A DNA stretch of 64,000 bases from Azolla caroliniana (GCA_043228905.1 JBHGNT010000008.1:7006001-7070000); one strand, 5' to 3'; counted from the stretch's first letter, positions 12,418 to 23,260 are shown. The notes: generated from the sequence alone by a model not told the origin. Made by a program: numbers and translations.

Positions 12418-14160
12418 GTACCGACAACCACTGAATGTTGTCGTTTGGGTTGGTCAGCATACATCTGAATGTAGTACATCCAGGATCCCTTTGCTTGTGT
12501 TCCTCTCCTTTGGGAATGATTGTTGGTGTTGTTTGCCGAATTGACAAGCTTCGCACACGACTGCAATTTCCTTTTTGGTGAAAGTCGAGAGTCCGGTTAC
12601 AACTCCTTTCAACTGCATTCCCTTAAGCTTTTGGAGATTAATGTGGCCTATCCTCTTGTGCCACAACTCTATGTCAGTGTCAGCTCTTTGGCCCTTGGCA
12701 TACATTGCCGAGTTCATTTCGTGAGAGTTGAGGATGAACATCTTACCTTCTCTCCGGTTGTGAGTGATAAGTTGGCCTTCTTTTTCAATGAAACAACCTA
12801 CATCGTTGAAGCGGACTTGCATGCATTGTTCGACTATCTGGCCAACTGAGACCAAGTTATTTGTTATTGTAGGAACATGCACAACGTTCTTGATGTATGT
12901 TTGGTTGCCTTCTTCCCCAAATGGGACATTGTCAATATGCTGAATGGGGTGAATTGTGTCATCCCCAGTTTCCACATAGCCGGGTCGTTTGGGCTTCCGT
13001 AGCTCCTTGAACCAATCCTTACGGGATGTCATGTGGTTCGATGCACAAGAGTCAACAAACCATACATCTTTTGGTTTGGAGGTGTTGGTCGGGTTTGAGG
13101 TTGTCATTGAGTGCGCTCTGTGCCTCATCACAAACATTCCGCCACAATTGTCGTAGTCGAAGTTGAAGGCGTAGTTTGTGAGTTGTCGGCTTGTGGAGGC
13201 CGACTCACTCTTCTTTTTTCGACTCTCTACCTCATAGTGGCCGAATTTAGCGCGATTGTTTTGTCATCTGGGTCCAGCTTGATTGCTCCCCCTTCTCCCG
13301 GACGCTCCGCCTCGCGTGTTCGAGACGTCTTGTCGGTAATAGAAGTTGTGTTCTCAGGGTTGCTCTTGGTTGTCTCGGCCTTGGCCAAATCGGCCTCTTC
13401 TTCCCCTACCTTGTCCTCTTCCTCCATCGAAGTTCGAATAGAGCAACAACATGATTCTCCTGGACTAGCAACATCGAATGGAGATCAAAGAAGGAGGGAG
13501 GATTCTCTCTCACGAGGACAACCGACCGAATGGCCCCGAACCGAGGTGCTAAGCCTCTAAGGCAAATTTGCACCATTTCATCGTCGTCAATGCTAACATT
13601 GATCGACCCGAGGGCATCGCACAACTCCTTGATCTTCAAGGTGTAGGTGTTGATTGACACGTCCCTCTATTGTATACCGTTCAACTCTTGACGGAGTTGA
13701 AGCTTTCTTGCAGTCGTGTTGGCCGCAAAAATCTTCTTGAGGTTCCCCCATGCCTCCTTCGACATTTTGACCTCTCGAATGTAGTCAAGCATATGATCAT
13801 GGACACATGATGCAAGGCAGTACAACACACGACTCGACGCTTGCTCCCAAGCTAGGTAGTTGGCATGTGTTGGGTTGGGTTGATTCTCGTTTGCCCCTTC
13901 GACATAACTCCAATAGCCTTGGCCGACAAGGTATTGCTGCATCTTATACTCCCAAGATTGAAAGTTGTTTTTGTCAAACTTTTCGGTAGGAAGAACATTT
14001 CCCATTTGTGTGTTCATGTTGAGCTTCTTCTTCTTTTTCTTGATATGAACTCTGCATATGGCTGCTACAACGATCAATCGGTTCTTGTCGAACGTAGAAT
14101 CAGGCACAACACATGCAGAGGCAATGGGCTTTGATCAAGCAACCACGCACTCTGATACCA

Positions 14161-14513
14161 TGTAAAGAATCGAATGGATTTTGTGCAGCGGAAGAAGTGT
14201 GTGTGTGTGTGCAGAGAGAGAGAGAGAGAGCTCACGATTATAGAAAATCAGAAAAATTGTATTACAATGAAGCAAGAATGACCAACAATTACAAAGAGAG
14301 GGAGAAGGCGCGTATGTAGTCACCTTCTCTCTAAGTTCTCTCACTAGTACCACCTATTGGGAAAGAGGTCGTGTCTTAACCACTTAAAGAATGTGTCATA
14401 GGACATTAACTTCTATGACACACTAGTTACTATACAAGGAGGTGGAGTGTTGACACACTTGAGTATCCTAGAGTGTGTTCCCATTTAGGGGAAGTTGAGT
14501 TTGATTCTCAACA
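14161..14513 (-). repeat. 5' LTR of copia A
   Basis: Adjacent to the iMet-type PBS at 14151-14160 and followed by the CCTAG TSD. Confidence 0.95.
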
Positions 14514-14518
14514 CCTAG

Positions 14519-15260
14519 ATTAGTTTTCTCAATTCCAAAGTTGGTGGTCAAGGACCCATGGAAAGATTGGTCATTTGGTATTGGGAAATCAATTTTCGTG
14601 GTTCACATTAATGATGTGTACCATAAGTTGGTTGAAGATAGAGCTTGGTTAGCAAATAAGTTTGTGGATACGTGGTACATTACTCGACATGTAAAGTGAT
14701 GGTGTAGAGTTTTGGATGTAGGGTGGTAGTCTCATCTTCCATTTTGTGCAAAGGTGTTTCTTTGGCGTGCCATAGTTGATGGGTTGCCTTTGGCGATGGC
14801 CTTAAAACGAAAACATATTTCGAATGGAACATGTTTTTCCTATACAATGGTAACTGAAGAAAATGCCCGACATAGGTTCATTACATGTCCGGTTGCTAAA
14901 CCATTTAGGTGATATATATCACAAATTTGGGCATCAATAACATAAAATATATTGTCAACTCATAAGTGGGTTTTCATTGATGAGGATAAAGCTATGCCCG
15001 CACCATCATATAAGGTTGTGTTTGACTACCTTAGATATTGGGGGATGTGGTTTAATTGCACCATGAGAAATGGGTTCTTGTTTGATGGATTTCATGGGGT
15101 AACACAACAACTCCGTATGATGCAATGAAGTTGATTTGGCAATTTTCACAATTATGTTGTATGGGGACATTGTCTGAAGAGGGGACTGACTTATGTCATC
15201 TAGTTTTACAACTCTTGAAAGCGTTTCCCTTGCACTATCACTATTTATGAAGTAGTGAAG
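14519..15260 (+). mobile_element. 3' part of the L1-type LINE (zf-RVT-like region)
   Basis: KVFLWRAIVDGLPLAMALKRKHISNGTC...HRFITCPVAK at ~14750-14900; resumes right after the second CCTAG. Confidence 0.75.
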
Positions 15261-16219
15261 ATAACAATGGTTGTATTATTGTCTTATTTTAATAACAAAC
15301 ATTGTTTTTAGATAGATTATATTATCGTATTCGGAGGTCAAATATGATCTATGAGACCCAAAAAATTACATTGCACATGAGACATGTGAAAGTGAGTAGC
15401 AAGTCGCGACTATTGATGTTCAAGAACTTTACCAATGAATGTTGCAATCGAGAGTGCACATTGTGGTTGTGAGAGAAATTTGTGCAAGGATTGAGCTTGG
15501 TCAAAGATGTGTGGAAAGCATGGTCAAATATGATCAAAGGCAGAGCATTATATCAAAGTGTGATACTCACACTCTCGAACTTGTTTAGGGAAAAGTGTGC
15601 ATAATTGACCACTCTCGTCACTTGTGCCCCAATGCCCTATCTCACATTGCAATGCATGTGAGCTAAGTCGCATGGAAGCAATGGTTCGAATGGCAGATAA
15701 CGGAATGGGCTCGAACATGTATCGATGTGTACGATTTTCTCGTTTCGTGAAGAATATGGTTTTGTAGTTAGGTGCAACATGTATAGTATAATGTATGAAG
15801 CGTGCGCCTCCACGTTTTCCCCATGTCGTGATACTTTGGCGTTGCAAAAAAGGCCTCATTTATACAGGAATCTAATGATGCATCATGAAGCAAATGTGTT
15901 GCATCCCATCTACCGAACCACTTTTTCATATCTTGCATCCAACCATAACACAAAATTTTGGTTTTATGTATCTTTTGGATCTTTTTGCTTGCATCCCATG
16001 CAACTCTAGGAAGTCGATGAGGGACTTTTTTGAACCTTAAGCATGTATTCAACAACCCTTTCCATGGCCAAGATCTTAATGGGAAGTGATCCCGTTTGGA
16101 GGAGGACGATGTATGACATTTGTTTCTTAACATGTATAAACTTTGTAAGAAAATGTTTTCTAACATTTTCAAACTCTTTCTAAGTAGATTTAGGGATGCG
16201 ACCATCCCATACTTCCACC

Positions 16220-16861
16220 CATAAATTGACATATTCGCATTCATGCGGTTTCCCATTCGAATGCAAATGAATACATATACGAATGCACGGTCAAGTATTC
16301 GTTTAACAAAAATAAGAAAAGAGAGTACATGACTCCCTCCTTTTTAGTTTTTTAGGATATAAAAAAAGGGACTTAACAATAAAAAGTTGACAATAAAAGA
16401 GGGACTTGACACTAATAAATTTTTATAATAAATGTAAAAAGTTTTCGTTTGATTTATAATAATAATAATAAATGAAATAAAGGTTCATTAATTACTCACT
16501 TTTTCTTCCCCTAAAATTTATGGATATTTGTACCTAACATTAAAAATGGGACGTCAGACTAATCATATTTCTATAATAAATATAAAAATATTCGTTTTTA
16601 ATAAATAAAATAAAATAAAGATTCATAAACTCTCCCTTTTTTTATTTGACACTATAAAGGAGAATTAATACTAATCATATTTTTATAATCTATTAATGAA
16701 TGATTATTCTTTTTTTAGTGAATTAAATTTATTTATTTATTTATTTATTAATTTTTACTATATTTATTTTGCAAAACGAATGGTTTTATAATATTTTTAA
16801 GGCTATTTTGTATTCTCGAATTTTGCGAATATCACGAATATCACGCATGTGTCAATCTATG
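16220..16861. mobile_element. hAT-type non-autonomous DNA transposon (MITE), 642 bp
   Basis: Imperfect TIRs CATAAATTGACATA / TGTGTCAATCTATG. 8-bp TSD CTTCCACC at 16212-16219 and 16862-16869. AT-rich interior with subterminal ATTCG/CGAAT motifs. Confidence 0.8.
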
Positions 16862-16889
16862 CTTCCACCCCATAGAGAAGCACCAGTAT

Positions 16890-17341
16890 TGTCATGATAT
16901 GGCAAGACTCGAACCCATGACCTTAGGTTATATGGGTCGAGCTCTTGACCATTAGATCATCTAATGTAATACGTAGGATATTATTTTCATTTACATTTTA
17001 CTATAGGAAATTAGTGTATATTCTAGATTTCTCTGGAACATTCTAGAAGCTTCAGGATTACTCCTGAAAACACTCTAAAAGAGGGCACTAGGCATTATGT
17101 TGAACCAAATTGGTTCAACGCCAGTCTTAAGCCTTTTAGCCACCATTGTATATTCTCTTCATATAATACATATCTTTCTTATCATCACTGTCACTCTCTC
17201 TCTCACTCTCTCTCTCTCAATCTCTCTCTTTCACTCTGTCTCGCTCACTTCTTCCTTCTCTCGAAGAAGTTCCACACCTCTCATAGTACTAATCCTTCAT
17301 TTAGTACTAATTCCTTCTCTGTCTCAGTACTGTTCATGACA
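16890..17341 (+). repeat. 5' LTR of chromovirus C
   Basis: Direct repeat of 21728-22159. Confidence 0.96.
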
Positions 17342-17343
17342 GT

Positions 17344-17355
17344 TTGAACCAATTT
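17344..17355 (+). promoter_or_regulatory. Putative self-priming primer-binding site of chromovirus C
   Basis: TTGAACCAATTT, 2 nt after the 5' LTR, is the exact reverse complement of AAATTGGTTCAA at 17107-17118 in the LTR. There is no TGG start typical of a tRNA-complementary PBS. Confidence 0.75.
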
Positions 17356-17415
17356 CTCTTACCTTCTGTCTCTCTCATTTCCTACTAATATTTTATTCCT
17401 CTTTTCTTTCATCCC

Positions 17416-18576
17416 ATGGCCACTGTTAGCGCTGAAGAATATCAATCTGTTTTCTCAGAATTTCAATGCTTGAAGGAGAAGTTCCATGCTTTGGAACAAG
17501 AAAACCAACGGTTGCTGGGGGATCTTCAGCAAATCTCCTTAGAAAAGCAGCAAACGCAACAACAACATGGGGAACTTGCGTTACGCGTGCAACAACTCGA
17601 AGCAACCATCGTAGCGATGCAACAACAAAGGCCCGGAACACAAGGGATTCATAAAGAACCCAAGATTGGCCTTCCCACGAAGTTCAATGGAACGCAATCG
17701 CAGTTTAGAGGGTTCCTTAACCAGGTACGATTAGTTATTCAAATGCATCCTTCTCGATATCCCACCGATGCATCACGAGTGGGTTTAGTAGGCACTTTGT
17801 TAAGTGGCTCAACATTGTCATGGTTCGCTCCACTATTAGAAAAATAATCTCCGTTACTCAACAATTTTGAAGAGTTTCTAGGTGAGTTTAAAGCATGTTT
17901 CGGAGATACTGACAGCATTAGGACTACAATCAACAAAATCCGGCGATTACGCCAAGGTGACCGTCCAGCCTACGCATATGCTGCAGATTTTCGCCTACTC
18001 GCCGCCGATATTCCTTGGGATGATCAAGCGTTGATGGAGCAATTCCGTTATGGTTTACGCAACGACGTCAAGGATTTACTATTGACCTTCCCCGAAGAGC
18101 CAAAGTCCTTAACAGAAGCAATCAGTCGCGCAGTGAGATGTGACAACCGCCTCTTTGAGCGACGTTCGGAACGACAGCTACAAATGCTGAGGGCAAGATC
18201 AGAGCCCACCTACGCCTCAGTGGTAGCAAGACCTTTTCCGAGGGAGTCATATAATGCGCCTCCAACGAATACTCCGACTCCGATGGAGATTGACACTACA
18301 CGTCGTCGAGGGCCATTATCTGAAGAAGAAAAGCAGCGACGCCGTACAAATCGACTATGTCTTTACTGCGGTGGACCAGGACATATCGCAATAAATTGCC
18401 CCCATAGGCCAAGAAGACAGGTAAACCAAATAGTCGCTAGTTCTAATTGTACTAAATACGTGGCTATTTCAGTAGGGATATCTGATAGTCCTAATAGTAC
18501 TAATAGTACTAATATCCCAGATCTAGCAAACAAATTTGATGTCCTTAGTCAGTTAGAAGAAGAGTTAAACGACTAA
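17416..18576 (+). pseudogene. Chromovirus gag (PEG10/retrotransposon-gag-like) with one premature stop
   Basis: Coiled-coil N-terminus, LPTKFNG..FRGFLNQ, in-frame TAA at 17845-17847, then LRQG..YAADFR, PMEID and CLYCGGPGHIAINC knuckle. Confidence 0.9.
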
Positions 18577-18616
18577 GTCCAGCCAAAATAGGAGCCGTTT
18601 GGTTGGACAACCCTAG
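18564..18616 (+). promoter_or_regulatory. Putative -1 programmed ribosomal frameshift signal at the gag-pol junction
   Basis: G_TTA_AAC in the gag frame at 18564-18570, a 6-nt spacer containing the gag stop, then an 11-bp stem GTCCAGCCAAA/TTTGGTTGGAC (one G-U pair). The -1 frame is open to 18914. Confidence 0.7.
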
Positions 18617-18697
18617 ATTTGTGCAGCCGATTAGTGGTTCCATTCCCTCTAAGCAAGTTAGTGATGTGTTCGTAGCCCAAGTAATAGTCAGTACTAA

Positions 18698-21684
18698 AAA
18701 TACCCCTCCAGCACCACTAAAGAAGAATCCACTATTCAACTTCCCGAGAAGTATCGTCATTACGCCGATGTGTTCGATAAAGTACAAGCCAACACACTTC
18801 CTCATCATCGACCGTACGATTGCCCCATCGTATTACAATCGGGAAAAGAGCCGCCATGGGGACCGATCTACAATTTGTCACCAACCGAGCTGGAAGTCCT
18901 TCGGGCCTATATAGAGGAGAATTTGGAAAATGCTTTCATTCGGCATTCGAAATCTCCAGCCGGCGCGCCCATTTTCTTCGTAAAGAAAAAAGATGGATCG
19001 CTTCGTCTCGTTGTAGATTACCGTGGCTTGAATAAGGTTACAATCAGGAATAGGTATGCTCTTCCCCTTATCTCAAGTCTTTTAGAACGGATCAATGGTG
19101 CCAGGTTCTTCACGAAGATCGACTTACGGGGAGCATATAGCCTCGTACAGATTCGACCAGGAGACGAATGGAAGACCGCGTTTCGCACCAGATATGGGAA
19201 CTTCGAGTATACGGTCATGCCGTTCGGCCTCACTAATGCGCCAACAATCTTCCAGCACATGGCTAATGATATATTCCAAGATCTATTGGATGATTGTTTG
19301 ATCATCTATTTGGATGATCTACTGGTTTATTCAAAGACCCAAGAAGAACATGATTCTCATGTACTATTAGTACTAAAACGGCTTCGAGAACATGGTCTGT
19401 ATGCAAAGCTGGAAAAATGTAGTTTCAGGTGCAACCAAGTGGAATTTCTCGGCTACATCATTTCGTCAGAAGGCATCTCCATGGACCCAGCTAAGGTCAA
19501 AACGGTGGTAGAATGGCAGACTCCGCGTTCGGTGCGGGATGTGCAATGCTTCTTAGGCTTTGCCAATTTTTACCGGAAGTTCATACAAGATTACTCAAAG
19601 ATCATTCTACCTCTCACACAACTTACCAGGAAGGGACAACCGTTCATATGGTTTGAAGAAACGGACATGGCTTTCGAGAGTCTTAAAAAGGCATTTACAT
19701 CGGCTCCAATTCTAGCTCATGTCGATCTGGAAAAACCATTCATTATCGAAGCTGACGCATCGGATTTTGCATTGGGGAGCATTCTGTCACAACAGGGGAA
19801 TGATGAGAAGTTACATGTGGCTTTTCACTCACGCAAGTTTGACGCCGCCGAAATCAATTACGAAATTCATGATAAGGAGCTATTGGCAATAGTGGATTCT
19901 TTTATGCAATGGAGGCATTTTCTGGAGGGATCCTCTCATCCAGTCACCGTATTTAGTGACCACAAGAATCTTGCCTACTTTCAGGATGCTCGTGTGTTGA
20001 ATCGACGTCAAGCTCGATGGGCCCACTTCCTCACGCCTTTCGACTTCAAAATTACATATCGTCCGGGGAGGCACTAAGGGAAGGCAGATGCATTATCACG
20101 ACGTTCGTATCTAGCACCCCGTCCCGGCGAGCCAGCTTTCGATAACCAAAAACAAGTCATCTTGGGACCGACACGACTACAAGCAACACAGATCTTTGAC
20201 ATGCCTATGGATTCCCGCGTTATCGATACCATACGTGAAGACTTGAAGACAGATGTGTTTGCCCAAGCTATACTAGCACAAATTGATCCCTCTCGAGCGT
20301 CGTGTTCACAGTCGCAACCACCAGGTACAGACTATCGGCAATTCAAATACCATGATGGATTACTCTTCTGTAAAGAACTTTTGTATGTTCCTAATGGTTC
20401 TTGCCGCCTTCGAGTAGTACAAAACTGTCATGACACATATACAACTGGGCATTTTGGTAGTACTAAAACATTACATTTAGTACAACGAACATTCTGGTGG
20501 CCCTGTATGCAACAAATTGTCGAGGATTTTGTTCGGACTTGTGATACATGTTGCAGAGCAAAAATGCCAAGGCATCATCCATATGGTTTATGAGAACCAT
20601 TACCAATTCTAAGCAAGCCGTGGCAATCCATTGCTCTAGACTTCATCACAGATCTTCCAGTCTCTAAGGGTTCAATGCGATTCTAACGGTGGTCGATCGA
20701 TATACGAAGATGGCTCATTTCTTGCCATGTACTAAGGAGATCTCCAATGAAGACACTGCCGAAATTGTCATGCGTGAAGTATGTCAGCATCATGGACTTC
20801 CCGATAGTATCATCAACGACCGTGGACCCCAGTTCATGTCAAAATTCTGGAAGCACCTTTTTAACATGCTCAAGGTCACTTGTAACCTCTCCTCCGGCTA
20901 CCACCCACAAACTAACGGCCAAGCTGAATGAACAAATCAAACGTTAGAGCAGTATTTGCGGTGCTTTCTCAGCTATCATCAAGATGACTGGGCAAATATT
21001 CTCCACTTCGCCGAATTTGCCTATAACAACTCTATCCACACATCCACTAAAGTTACGCCATTTTATGCTTATACGGGATGTCACCCCCGATGGAGTGTAT
21101 TTGAAACCCCAGAGGTTTCCACAAATCCGTGCGCGGAGGATCGTTTGGAGCAGTTATGCACGATACAAACGGATTTATCTACTCATCTCCAGCAAGCTCA
21201 ACAAACACACAAGGTCTACGCAGATCGTCATCGACTTCCATCCAGTTTTAATATTGGAGATCGGGTGTGGCTGCTACGACGACACATCAAGACTACTCGT
21301 CCATGTGAGAAGTTAGATTATCGGCGATTAGGTCCTTTCCGTATTATTGGACAAATTAATGATGTTGCTTTTCGTCCCGATCTACCTCCTCAACTTCGGA
21401 TACATCCGGTGTTTCATAGTTCTCTCCTCGAACCCTACCACGAGAGCACCATCCCAGGATGTCTTATCCAACCTCCACCCCCGATCGAGCTTGAAGATGG
21501 GCCGGAGTATGAGGTTGCCGCCATCCTTGATTCCAAGATTGTTCGCAACAAGCTCTACTATCTAGTCGATTGGCTAGGCTATAGCCCCAGCGAACGTACT
21601 TGGGAACCGATCGAGAATGTGACCAATGCTCGTGCTCTTCTTGAAGACTTCCATCATCAATATCCACACAAACCAGGTCCTTAA
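18698..21684 (+). pseudogene. Chromovirus pol (RT, RNase H, integrase, chromodomain)
   Basis: APIFFVKKKDGSLRLVVDYRGLNK, YLDD, EADASDFALG, integrase HHCC and DRGPQF, and chromodomain EYEVAAILDSK...YLVDWLGY...TWEP. Stops at ~20075, 20591, 20929 and 20945; frameshift near 20670. Confidence 0.93.
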
Positions 21685-21727
21685 TGCAAGACGACTCGTG
21701 ACAGTTGTCGTTTTAAAGGAGGGATAG

Positions 21728-22159
21728 TGTCATGATATGGCAAGACTCGAACCCATGACCTTAGGTTATATGGGTCGAGCTCTTGACCATTAGATCATCT
21801 ATTGTAATACGTAGGTTACTATTTTCATTTACATTTTACTATAGGAAATTAGTGTATATTCCAGATTTCTCTGGAACATTCTAGATGCTTCAGGATTACT
21901 CCTGAAAACACTCTAAAAGAGGGCACTAGGCATTATGTTGAACCAAATTGGTTCAACGCCAGTCTTAAGCCTTTTAGCCACCATTGTATATTCTCTTCAT
22001 ATAATACATATCTTTCTTATCATCACTCTCTCTCTCAATCTCTCTCTTTCACTCTGTCTCGCTCACTTCTTCCTTCTCTCGAAGAAGTTCCACACCTCTT
22101 ATAGTACTAATCCTTCGTTTAGTACTAATTCCTTCTCTGTCTCAGTACTGTTCATGACA
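21728..22159 (+). repeat. 3' LTR of chromovirus C
   Basis: Follows the PPT and precedes the AGTAT TSD. Confidence 0.96.
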
Positions 22160-23029
22160 AGTATCACCAAAGTGTCGAAATCTTGAGGACCCAACACTTA
22201 ATATCTCCATGATTGCATGTGTTCTCAAATGCACAGTATGCTTGCTTACCCGGCCTTTATGGGATGTGTAACACATTCATTGTATCTATGATTTGAAAGA
22301 ACTTTAAGGCCAAGATATTTGAAGCTTTCCACATATTCAAGTGGCTCATTATTGTACGTAATGCATGATTTATCTCTTTTTTGGCTCTTCACAAACATAT
22401 GATCTTTGTTTTAGAGTAATTGACACTTAATTTAGTATGCATGCAAAAAATTTCTAATGACAACATTCCCAACGGGAACTCCTTCAACACATTCTTCCTT
22501 TACAAACTTGGCAACTATTTCTTCCAATCTATCAATGCATAGACCAAATAAGGTTGGTGAGAGTGGGCATCCCTTAACACAAATAGTGCTATTGAAAAAA
22601 TATAAAAGTTTATCGCTCATAGGCACACAACATATACCCTTCTTATATATTCGTGAAATTGCAAGCATATATTATTCACTTGGCACCTTCAGTTCTTCCA
22701 TTCGCCTCGAAAGATGCATGAGGTACCATATCAAAAGCTTCCTTAAAGTCTACGAATCAACAATTTAAACCTTTACCTCTAAGGCGACTTTCCTTCAGCA
22801 ATACTCGAAGGGGGTGACAAGGTGATCAATGATGCTATGATGTTTTTAAAAGCCAGCTTGTCCATAAGCTCACTCACCATTTAATGTGCGGGTTGCGAGC
22901 GAGTGTTTCGTGGTCAGCTCGATCTTTCAGATGATCTCTTCACGTGTCCTCGCACAACTGAATGTGTGAGTGACCAGAAGAAGCTAGACCCATCAGATAA
23001 GGCCGCCCAATCATCCCGGGTTTCTTCTG

Positions 23030-23260
23030 TCTTTGAGGGTTTTTTGGGTGCCCTATCTTTTTTAGGGTTTTTGACTTTCACTGTTTTTTGCCCCCCTCTC
23101 TTTTTGAGGGTTTTTGACTTTCAAGGTTATTTGGCCCCTTAGGGTTTTGGTGCCCTCTCTTTTTGAGGGTTTTTGATTTTCAAGGTTATTTGACCCCTTA
23201 GGGTTTTGGTGCCTTCTCTTTTTTTAGGGTTCCTGGCTCCATAGTTAGGGTTTTGGGTGG
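23030..23260. promoter_or_regulatory. Telo-box-rich tandem repeat in the URB2 promoter/5' leader
   Basis: Four TAGGGTTT copies (reverse complement of AAACCCTA) at ~23063, 23140, 23199 and 23246, within a ~58-bp unit repeated 2-3 times. Confidence 0.6.

Larger units (their letters stand above)
3336..14513 (-). mobile_element. Ty1/copia LTR retrotransposon A, full-length but degenerate; contains nested element B
   Basis: LTRs 14161-14513 and 3336-3710 (TG..CA). TSD CCTAG at 3331-3335 and 14514-14518. PBS TGGTATCAGA (minus, 14151-14160). PPT 3711-3720. Gag 14107-13406, protease WFVDSCASNHM, GAG-pre-integrase LWHKRIGH, integrase ~6360-5653, RT (QMDVKNAFL, YVDD) 5152-4443, RNase H (TKHIEVHYHFIRE) 4139-3861. 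Many stops and frameshifts. Confidence 0.95.
16890..22159 (+). mobile_element. Ty3/gypsy chromovirus C (Tcn1/Tf1-sushi-like), degenerate
   Basis: LTRs 16890-17341 and 21728-22159 with TGTCATGA..TCATGACA ends and about 7 substitutions by eye. TSD AGTAT at 16885-16889 and 22160-22164. PPT AAAGGAGGGATAG 21715-21727. Domain order gag-RT-RH-INT-chromodomain. Confidence 0.96.
15540..22880 (-). mobile_element. Decayed minus-strand LINE (RTE/RTEX/L2-like), interrupted by a MITE and chromovirus C
   Basis: RT motif KGCPLSPTLFGLCIDRL (ORF 22432-22668). Removing both insertions restores FDTLVILVLLYGVEVWDG across 22165/16885/16212. C-terminal RLSSHALQCEIGHW...CTL...EYH (ORF 15548-15859). Clade not resolved. 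Confidence 0.8.

Noticed and set aside
16895-16965. Functional tRNA gene
   Set aside because: Acceptor and anticodon stems do not pair; kept only as a tRNA-like promoter/hairpin finding.
22912-22995. snoRNA-like hairpin upstream of URB2
   Set aside because: No convincing C/D or H/ACA box arrangement.
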